Under the pieces are notes generated by a model that saw only the letters and a list, made by a program, of their open reading frames with translations, was not told where the DNA came from and did no database searches. A DNA stretch of 30,235 nt from Steroidobacteraceae bacterium. GTDB taxonomy: Bacteria > Pseudomonadota > Gammaproteobacteria > Steroidobacterales > Steroidobacteraceae. Every line of letters begins with the position of its first letter. Position 1 is the stretch's first letter. Made by a program: the position numbers and the translations under genes. The stretch covers positions 1 through 30,235 of the forward strand of contig DATMKO010000061.1 of assembly GCA_035571175.1 (NCBI GenBank). The letters are read 5' to 3'. Shown here piece by piece: positions 16,465 to 23,389 of this stretch.

Positions 16465-17640
16465 ATGGCGCGACGGCAACGCATCTTCGCTCGTGCAGCA
16501 GTCATCGCTGCGTTGCTGCTGGTCCGCAGCACGAGCGCGGATGTGCTGCCCGACGATCGCGCCGATCTTTTCTACAGCAAGTACAGCGGCGGCGGGATGG
16601 ATATCACCGGCGAATCCGCGACAGTGCGCAAGAAATTCACGGAGAACATCGCCGTTGAGGCCAATTATTTCATCGACAAGGTCAGCGGCGCATCCATCGA
16701 CGTGCTGAGTCAGGCGAGTGTCATCAAGGACACTCGCAAACAAAAGACCGGCACGATCGAATATCTCCACGACAAAACCACCTACACCGCCTCGTACATC
16801 AGCAGCACCGAGCGGGACTACGTCTCCAATACGGCGAGTTTTTCCTTGAGCCAGGACATGTTCGGCGATCTGACCACCGTGTCTCTCGGTTACGCCAAGA
16901 CCAACGACCGGGTTGGTGAAAACAACGGCACCGCCTGGGTTCCGATCATCGATTGGCTGGGATACGCGCAAACCAGCAGTTACACGGGGGGCATCTCGCA
17001 GATCATCACCAAGAATTTCATCGCAGGATTGAATCTGCAGGTCATCACGGACAGCGGCTACCTCGCCAACCCCTATCGCTCGGTCCGGTACCTGGACTCC
17101 AGCAATCCCAAAGGCTACTCGCTGGCCAGCCAGGTGTATCCCGACACGCATACCAGCACGGCAATTCAAGTGCAGGGCAAGTACTACCTGCCCTATCGGG
17201 CCGCTGTGACGGCCTCGTATCGGTACTACACCGACACCTGGGGAGTGGTCGGCAACACCGTGGAACTCGACTACACCCATCCGATCCGCAATCTTTGGAT
17301 ACTGGAGGGTCGGGCGCGGTACTACAAACAGGGGGCGGCGACTTTTTACAGCGATTTATTTCCGTTCGCGAACGCTCAGAATTTCGAGGCCCGCGACCAG
17401 AATCTCGCCGCTTTGGATAATTATACGCTCGGCGCCAAAGCCACTTACGCGTTCTTGCCCGATGGATGGAAGTTCTTCAAGCGCGCCACGGTCACGCTCG
17501 ACATCAGCCGCATTCGCTTCAACTACACCGACTTTCGCAACATCAAGTACTACGGTGTGCCGCAATATCCGCCGGGGACGGAACCCTTGTACTACTTCAA
17601 CGCCACGGTCAGCCAGATCTACATATCGATGTTTTTCTGA
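16465..17640 (+). CDS. DUF3570-family predicted outer-membrane beta-barrel (391 aa)
   Basis: Signal peptide, VDxxSGAS-type motif (IDKVSGASIDV), GYLANPYRSV, many Tyr/Thr-rich strands and terminal Phe (ISMFF). It sits directly after DUF4266, as expected for the family. Confidence 0.85.
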   Translation: MARRQRIFARAAVIAALLLVRSTSADVLPDDRADLFYSKYSGGGMDITGESATVRKKFTENIAVEANYFIDKVSGASIDVLSQASVIKDTRKQKTGTIEYLHDKTTYTASYISSTERDYVSNTASFSLSQDMFGDLTTVSLGYAKTNDRVGENNGTAWVPIIDWLGYAQTSSYTGGISQIITKNFIAGLNLQVITDSGYLANPYRSVRYLDSSNPKGYSLASQVYPDTHTSTAIQVQGKYYLPYRAAVTASYRYYTDTWGVVGNTVELDYTHPIRNLWILEGRARYYKQGAATFYSDLFPFANAQNFEARDQNLAALDNYTLGAKATYAFLPDGWKFFKRATVTLDISRIRFNYTDFRNIKYYGVPQYPPGTEPLYYFNATVSQIYISMFF

Positions 17641-18005
17641 CCCGACCTGACGAGCCCACGCCACCACACCAGCAGCATGGGCGCCAGCGCGCTGATGATG
17701 GCAATCGTATCCGCGACCCAGTCCCAAAAATCCCGATCTCTGTGCACCAACGGAAGCCCCTGCACCACCTCGATCAGGGCGCCGAACGCGGACAGCAAGG
17801 CGGCGATCAAGAACAGGTTGCGCTTCGGAAATGCCGCGACCGCAAGACCGGTCAAAGCATAGAAGGCCATGAAGTGCTCGGCCTTGTCCCACGGCGCCAA
17901 TTGCAACGCAAGCTGCGAGGGTATGACGGCGCTGTAAAACGTAAAGACGAGAGCGGCAAAGAATGCGATCTGTGCCAGCTTGAGCAATACCGATACTTTG
18001 AGCAC
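17619..18005 (-). CDS. VanZ-like integral membrane protein (about 128 aa)
   Basis: The C-terminal half of track ORF 17619..18380 has four hydrophobic segments with WDKAEHFMAF, GALIEVVQG and RDRDFWDWVAD. The N-terminal 125 aa of the track ORF are antisense to the HiPIP gene and its upstream region. GTG 18005 is the likely start, but this is uncertain. Confidence 0.75.
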   Translation of the reverse strand: MLKVSVLLKLAQIAFFAALVFTFYSAVIPSQLALQLAPWDKAEHFMAFYALTGLAVAAFPKRNLFLIAALLSAFGALIEVVQGLPLVHRDRDFWDWVADTIAIISALAPMLLVWWRGLVRSGQKNIDM

Positions 18006-18134
18006 GGGCGTTCCAAAAAGATGCAGGATAGCAAATCGCGACCGCCGCGGTTTCCCCGAGCGATTCCGGCGATTCCCGGGTGACTGCGCCGCGATTTTTC
18101 TGCATATTAGCGTTCCCAATCGAAGGAACCGCGC

Positions 18135-18476
18135 ATGAGCCGACCAATACCAGGCGCCGCCATCACACGCCGGGCGCTGGTGAAGAACATTGCCATTGCC
18201 GCCGGCGCCGCCGCGGTGCTGCCCCATCGAACATCGAACGCCGGCGAACCGCAGCGGCTCGACGTTAAGGATCCGGCGGCCAAGGCGCGCGGCTACGTCG
18301 AAGACGCACAGCAGCTGGACGTGAAGAAATATCCATCCTACGTGAAGGGTTCGACCTGCGAGAACTGTCTGCTGTTGCAAGGAGCCAGCGGCGCGAATTA
18401 CCGCCCCTGCAATTTGTTCCCCGGCAAGGTGGTCTCCGTCCGCGGCTGGTGCAGCGGCTGGGCCGCTGAAATATAG
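18135..18476 (+). CDS. High-potential iron-sulfur protein (HiPIP), Tat-exported (113 aa)
   Basis: Twin-arginine signal TRRALVK and DPAAKARGYVEDA motif. The four-Cys pattern CENC...CNLFPGKVV...GWCSGW is typical of HiPIP. AAGGA SD upstream. Confidence 0.92.
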   Translation: MSRPIPGAAITRRALVKNIAIAAGAAAVLPHRTSNAGEPQRLDVKDPAAKARGYVEDAQQLDVKKYPSYVKGSTCENCLLLQGASGANYRPCNLFPGKVVSVRGWCSGWAAEI

Positions 18477-19378
18477 GCGTCGCGCACTCGCACTCCCACC
18501 TCGGGAAAATCGACGAAGAATCCATCGATGCCACGCTGTAGAAATTCACGGATTTCCGCTTCCAGGTTGCCGTGCGCGGCCGGCGCGTCGCCGATTTTCA
18601 AGTCATCCGGGAGAAACTCGTTTTCGGCGCGAAAGGTCCAGACGTGCACCTGCAGATTCACGGCATGCGCCGCACGCACTGCCTCGAGCGTGGCCAGCGG
18701 CTTCGTGATGCCGATCCCATCGGCATAGGTTGCGATCTCTCCAAGATCGCCCAATTCCTGTTCGAGCAGCTGAATCAGCGGCAGCTTGGTCATGGCACGC
18801 AATTGCCGTAAATTATTCGGATCGAAGGACTGAATGAATACCGGCGCGCCATCCTTCGCGTAGTCATAGCGGCGCAGGGTGTTCAATACGGCCGATTCGA
18901 GCGGCAGCCCCATCCGTGCAAAATGTGCGGGGTGCTTGGTTTCCGGGTACACGCCGATCGGTCGATTGGCGTTGCGATGGTTTGCATTGATCACCAATTG
19001 CATGATTTCATCGAAGGTTGGCACGCTGAATCGGCCATCAAAAACGCGATTTTGCGGCCGCAATTCCGCCAGCCGTTCGCGGGCGCGCAGACTCTTGATT
19101 TCCGATAGTGTGAAATCTTCGCTGAACCATCCGTCCGTGGGTTCACCGTCGATGACTTGCGTGCGGCGGCGCATCGCGAACTCCGGATGCTGCGCGACAT
19201 CCGTCGTGCCGCCAATTTCATTCTCGTGCCGCGCGATCAGCACCCCGTCGCGCGTCATGACCAAGTCGGGTTCGATGTAATCCGCGCCCTCCTCGATCGC
19301 CAGTCGGTACGATTCCAGGGTGTGTTCCGGCCGTTCGCCGCTGGCGCCGCGATGCGCAATTACAATGATTTTGCTCAA
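18398..19378 (-). CDS. Glycerophosphodiester phosphodiesterase, GDPD/GlpQ-like (about 326 aa)
   Basis: IAHRGASGERPEHT, ADYIEPDLVMTRDG, ARHE, GVYPETKHP, VFIQSF, VHVWTFR and GIDGFFVDFP. The start was placed at TTG 19378 just before the catalytic motif (uncertain). No signal peptide is visible. Confidence 0.9.
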   Translation of the reverse strand: MSKIIVIAHRGASGERPEHTLESYRLAIEEGADYIEPDLVMTRDGVLIARHENEIGGTTDVAQHPEFAMRRRTQVIDGEPTDGWFSEDFTLSEIKSLRARERLAELRPQNRVFDGRFSVPTFDEIMQLVINANHRNANRPIGVYPETKHPAHFARMGLPLESAVLNTLRRYDYAKDGAPVFIQSFDPNNLRQLRAMTKLPLIQLLEQELGDLGEIATYADGIGITKPLATLEAVRAAHAVNLQVHVWTFRAENEFLPDDLKIGDAPAAHGNLEAEIREFLQRGIDGFFVDFPEVGVRVRDAYISAAQPLHQPRTETTLPGNKLQGR

Positions 19379-19477
19379 CGGGTACCCGTGCTTCAAAACA
19401 TTTGATTTTAGCGCACACGGGCAAGGCCGAGGCCCCGCGTTGCCACGGAACCTCGAGCCTTCAGTCCCCAACCCGTC

Positions 19478-19690
19478 CTATCGGGGCGGGTTCAACAGCG
19501 ACTCGTCCGGATCGTGCGCTGACATCAGACTGGCCGTGCCGGGGCTCCATGGCAACTCCTGTTGCCCGAAGCCACCGCCCCAATCCGCCCGCAGCGACGT
19601 TGGTTGAGCCGCGAAGGCGGCGCCGATCGCGAATATTGCCGCAGCCGCCACCGTGACCCTTCGATGATGCATGCCTGTCCCCGGACTCAT
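19478..19690 (-). CDS. Small secreted protein of unknown function (70 aa, or 64 aa from ATG 19672)
   Basis: Signal peptide HHRRVTVAAAAIFAIGAAFA, then a mature part of about 43 aa. ATG 19690 overlaps the upstream stop codon (ATGA), implying translational coupling. Confidence 0.65.
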   Translation of the reverse strand: MSPGTGMHHRRVTVAAAAIFAIGAAFAAQPTSLRADWGGGFGQQELPWSPGTASLMSAHDPDESLLNPPR

Positions 19691-19866
19691 GCGCTGTGCG
19701 GCGGCGTGATGGGCGGGTTGTCCATCAGGGCAACATGCGGCGGGGTGATGGGCGGGTTGTCCATCAAGGCAACATGCGGCGGGGTTATCGGCGGATTATC
19801 GAACATCGCCAAAGCGGAACTGGCCATAGCGCAGCCGGCGATCAAAGCGACTAGACTTACCTTCAT
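19687..19866 (-). CDS. Secreted multi-core peptide precursor (59 aa): signal peptide plus three DNPPITPPH cores
   Basis: Hand translation gives MKVSLVALIAGCAMASSALA-MFDNPPITPPHVALMDNPPITPPHVALMDNPPITPPHSA*. A GGAG SD lies upstream. All 7 variable nucleotide sites among the repeats are synonymous in this frame. It falls below the 60-aa cutoff of the ORF track. Confidence 0.85.
   Translation of the reverse strand: MKVSLVALIAGCAMASSALAMFDNPPITPPHVALMDNPPITPPHVALMDNPPITPPHSA
19696..19800 (-). repeat. Tandem repeat, 39-nt period, three 27-nt cores separated by two 12-nt linkers
   Basis: Units recur at 19696, 19735 and 19774. The cores encode DNPPITPPH and the linkers encode VALM. Confidence 0.95.
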
Positions 19867-20046
19867 AATGAATGCTCCGAATTTGAGTTGTTAAAAGGAC
19901 ACCGACAGGGGATGCCTGCGCGATGTCCTCATAGGTATAAGCGACATCTGTGGATGTTTCCCCTCATATTGGGCTGCGATATATGCTTAGGGGAAAACCT
20001 CAATCTGTATAGTGCCGTGAGCTTTTCCGAGCAACAGAAATAGACG

Positions 20047-20619
20047 ATGCAAGTCCCTGCCAATTTCACGCAGCTATTGACCGAGTGGCGCGCGGGTCAT
20101 CCGCAAGCGCTGGACCGTTTGACGCCTTTGGTATACGACGAACTTCGCCGCTTGGCGCACGGTTACATGCGCGCGGAGCGCGGCAGCCATACGCTGCAGG
20201 CCACCGCGGTAGTGCATGAAGCGTTTCTCAGATTGATCCAGGCGAATGTGGCGCTGGAGGATCGCGATCACTTTCTCGCCCTGGCTTCGCGCCTCATGCG
20301 CCGCGTGCTGGTCGATCATGCCAAGTCGCGTGCGCGGCTGAAGCGCAATGCCGGCATCAGGGGAACTCTCAGCGGCGAAGAAATGGGCAACAATTCGCCG
20401 TCGCTCGACGTCGACGTGATCGCCCTTGATGATGCGCTGGAGAATCTGCTGCAGCTGGAGCCGCGCCTGGCTCAGGTAATCGAGTTGTATTATTTCGGCG
20501 GAATGACATACGACGAAATTGCCGCCGCAACGGGCACCTCATCCGCCACCGTGCATCGGGATATCCGCCTGTCCCGCGCCTGGTTGCTCAATGAAATCGG
20601 CGGCACCCGATCGACATGA
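20047..20619 (+). CDS. ECF sigma factor, TIGR02999/ECF43-like kinase-associated group (190 aa)
   Basis: TQLLTEWRAG..ALDRLTPLVYDELRRLA..HTLQATAVVHEAFLRL..MRRVLVDHA, and region 4 ELYYFGGMTYDEIA..TVHRDIRLSRAWL. It overlaps the kinase start by 4 nt (ATGA). Confidence 0.92.
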   Translation: MQVPANFTQLLTEWRAGHPQALDRLTPLVYDELRRLAHGYMRAERGSHTLQATAVVHEAFLRLIQANVALEDRDHFLALASRLMRRVLVDHAKSRARLKRNAGIRGTLSGEEMGNNSPSLDVDVIALDDALENLLQLEPRLAQVIELYYFGGMTYDEIAAATGTSSATVHRDIRLSRAWLLNEIGGTRST

Positions 20620-23321
20620 TTCCGCGCGCTCGCTGGCAGCAGATTCAGACCTTGTTCGACCAGTTGGCTGATGTCGAGATCGCCGAACGCGCCGCACAAT
20701 TGGAAAAGAGCTGCGGTGACGACACCGAACTGCGCCTGTCGGTGACCTCCCTCCTCGATCTTGATCGGCGGCGCGAGGACCCGCTTCTGGATGCCATCGG
20801 CACGGCCGCCGAGTCATTATTGGAAGATCACCGCGATCGCTTGATTGGTACGCGCGTGGGTCCGTACCGGGTGGTATCGATTCTCGGCCATGGCGGTATG
20901 AGCACGGTGTATCGCGGCGAGCGCGACGACTCGCAATACCAGCAAACCGTGGCGATCAAGGTACTGCAGCATGCCGCATTGCATCCGCGGCTGCGCAGCA
21001 GGTTGCACAGCGAAAGGCATATCCTCGCGACGCTCGATCATACTTCCATCGCGCGCCTGATCGACAGCGGCGATCTGGAGGACGGCACCCCCTACCTGGT
21101 GATGGAACACGTCGACGGCGAATCCATCGACAGCTATTGCGACAGCCGCACCTTGTTCGTTCGCGAGCGCATCGAATTGTTCATCGCGGTATGCGCTGCG
21201 GTGCACTATGCGCACCGCAACCTGGTGGTACATCGGGATATCAAGGCGTCGAACATCTTCGTCACCCACGACGGTACGCCAAAGCTGCTGGATTTCGGTA
21301 TTGCCAAGTTGCTCGCGCCGGAAAGTCTGTCGCACACGCTTCCGGTGACGCGTCTGCAGGAACGGATCCTCACGCCGGAGAACGCCGCGCCGGAACAGGT
21401 TCTCGGGCGGCCCATTACCACCGCGACCGACATTTACGCGCTCGGCGTGCTGCTGTACCAGCTGTTGACGGGCCGATCCCCATATCGGCTGCTCAGCTAC
21501 AGCCAGCTGCAACTGGAGCGGGCCATCTGCATGGACGATCCGGTGCGCCCGAGTCAAATGGTCGTTTCCAAGCTGAAAGGCGAAACCGACGCGGACCGCA
21601 GCCGCATTTCCGATCGCCGCGGCCTCTCTCCGCAGCGCTTGCGTGCCCGTCTGAGCGGCGACCTGGATGCCATCGTCGCCATGGCGATGCGCAAGGAACC
21701 GGATCGGCGCTACCCATCCGTCGAAGCCTTCGCCGACGATCTGCAAAGACACCTGCTGGGACAGCCGGTGCGCGCGCGCCAGGGCGATTGGCGCTACAAC
21801 TCCGCCAAGTTCCTGCGGCGCAATGTATTCGCAGTCCTCGGAGCGGCGGCGGTATTCGTGGGGTTGGTCGTGATCGCAGGCATGACCCTCTGGCAGAATC
21901 ACCGCATCGGAATTGCGCGCGACGCCACCGCCCAAGAACGCGACCGCGCACAGCAGGTATCCGCGTTTCTGGTCGACGTGTTCTCGCAAGCCGATCCTTT
22001 CAATGCCCAAGGCCGGGAAATCACCGCCAAAGACTTGCTGGATCGAGGCGCAGAGAAGATCACCGGCAATGCGAATCTACAGCCTGAAGTGCGCGCGCAG
22101 CTGCTGGAGAGCATCGGTCTTGCGTACCGGCGCCAGGGATTGAACGAGCGCGCCATACCCTTGTTCGAACAAGCGGTTGCCATCCGGCGCGAGGAGCAGC
22201 CGCTCGATAATCGCACTCTCGCCGCAGCTTTGGCCAATTTGGCCCAGGCGTTGACCGGTGCGGGGCATTTGGTGAGCGCCGATGCCTACATGCAGCAAGC
22301 GGTCGCCCTGTCGCAAAGCAGCGATGCGCCGCCATCGGCGGAAACCGCCGACATTCTGGTGCAGTACGGGCATTTTGCTCAAAACGCCAAGAGTGACCCG
22401 GAACTGGCCACCAAGCAGTTTACCGACGCGCTCGCCATCTACCGCAATCTTCCCGGCGATCAGCATTTGTCGATTGCCTCAACCTTGAGTGCTCTTGCCG
22501 GCGCAGCGATTTGGTCGGGCGACTATGTGCATGGCGAGCAGTATCAACGCGAGGCGCTCAACCTGTTTCGCGCCACGGTCAGCCGCAATTATCCCGATCA
22601 CGCCGTGGCGCTGGCGGGCTTGGGCAACATTCTCACCCAGCGCGGCAAGTATGCCGAAGCCGATCAGACCCTCAACGAGGCCTTGGAGATAGAGCGCAAC
22701 GTTTTTGGCCCGGACAATCAGCGGATCGCATCGATCGAGGCCGATCTTGGCGCTTTGTATCAGCGCGAAGGGGACCCGCTTCGCGCCATGGCCTCGACGC
22801 AGGACGCCTTGAGGATCACTACGAGCCGCTTGGGCCCCAATCACTACATGACCGGATACTATCTGGATGCGGTCGCCGACCTTGATCTCAAGAACAATCA
22901 TCTGGACGACGCCGAATCTCATGCGCGGCAAGCGCTCGCCGTATACGCGCAGTCGCTGCCTGCGCGGCATTTATTTGTAGCCGCGACGCGACAGCTGCTC
23001 GGAGAAGTACTTCTGCGCCGCGGCCAACTTGCGCAAGCCGAAGCGGAGGTTCGCGCCGCGCTGGATATCGACCTTGCATTGGCGGGACCCGGAAATTGGC
23101 GCACTGCTCGCACCGAGGCGAGCCTGGGCTGGATCTTGATCGCGGAAGACAAGGCAGCGGAGGGCGAGCCTTTGCTGCTCGAGGCGCAGAAAAAACTCTT
23201 GGCGATGTTGGGCCCGCAGCATCCCGAAACCGCGCAGGCAACCTCGCGCCTCAGCGATTACTACCACGCGCATCACCGCGACGCCGACGCCGCGCAACTT
23301 CATGCGGCCGACAAACACTAG
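20616..23321 (+). CDS. Membrane Ser/Thr protein kinase with C-terminal extracytoplasmic TPR domain (901 aa)
   Basis: Hanks motifs LGHGGMSTVY, VAIK, HRDIKASN, DFGIAK, APEQ and TDIYALG. One TM helix (VLGAAAVFVGLVVIAGMTLW) is followed by roughly 450 aa of TPR repeats. Confidence 0.93.
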   Translation: MIPRARWQQIQTLFDQLADVEIAERAAQLEKSCGDDTELRLSVTSLLDLDRRREDPLLDAIGTAAESLLEDHRDRLIGTRVGPYRVVSILGHGGMSTVYRGERDDSQYQQTVAIKVLQHAALHPRLRSRLHSERHILATLDHTSIARLIDSGDLEDGTPYLVMEHVDGESIDSYCDSRTLFVRERIELFIAVCAAVHYAHRNLVVHRDIKASNIFVTHDGTPKLLDFGIAKLLAPESLSHTLPVTRLQERILTPENAAPEQVLGRPITTATDIYALGVLLYQLLTGRSPYRLLSYSQLQLERAICMDDPVRPSQMVVSKLKGETDADRSRISDRRGLSPQRLRARLSGDLDAIVAMAMRKEPDRRYPSVEAFADDLQRHLLGQPVRARQGDWRYNSAKFLRRNVFAVLGAAAVFVGLVVIAGMTLWQNHRIGIARDATAQERDRAQQVSAFLVDVFSQADPFNAQGREITAKDLLDRGAEKITGNANLQPEVRAQLLESIGLAYRRQGLNERAIPLFEQAVAIRREEQPLDNRTLAAALANLAQALTGAGHLVSADAYMQQAVALSQSSDAPPSAETADILVQYGHFAQNAKSDPELATKQFTDALAIYRNLPGDQHLSIASTLSALAGAAIWSGDYVHGEQYQREALNLFRATVSRNYPDHAVALAGLGNILTQRGKYAEADQTLNEALEIERNVFGPDNQRIASIEADLGALYQREGDPLRAMASTQDALRITTSRLGPNHYMTGYYLDAVADLDLKNNHLDDAESHARQALAVYAQSLPARHLFVAATRQLLGEVLLRRGQLAQAEAEVRAALDIDLALAGPGNWRTARTEASLGWILIAEDKAAEGEPLLLEAQKKLLAMLGPQHPETAQATSRLSDYYHAHHRDADAAQLHAADKH

Positions 23322-23389
23322 ACGGGACCCACTGAGGGAAGCCGACGGCCCCGTCTTGCGGTAAACTGTTTGCATTTGAGGAGTCCCCG

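Noticed and set aside
18006-18380. N-terminal 125 aa of track ORF 17619..18380
   Set aside because: This stretch overlaps the HiPIP gene antisense and its upstream region. The VanZ-like homology starts only near 18005.
19696-19800. CRISPR array or non-coding VNTR interpretation of the 39-nt repeat
   Set aside because: There are no unique spacers and no cas genes. The variation is purely synonymous in one reading frame, so the repeat is coding.
19562-19894. 110-aa plus-strand ORF covering the repeat (..CGGVMGGLSI..)
   Set aside because: Repeat differences are non-synonymous in this frame (e.g. M/I, R/K) but synonymous on the minus strand, which also has the SD and signal peptide.
23320-23360. 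Possible terminator after the kinase (AGACGGG...CCCGTCT)
   Set aside because: The stem is short with a long loop and there is no U-tract, so support is insufficient.
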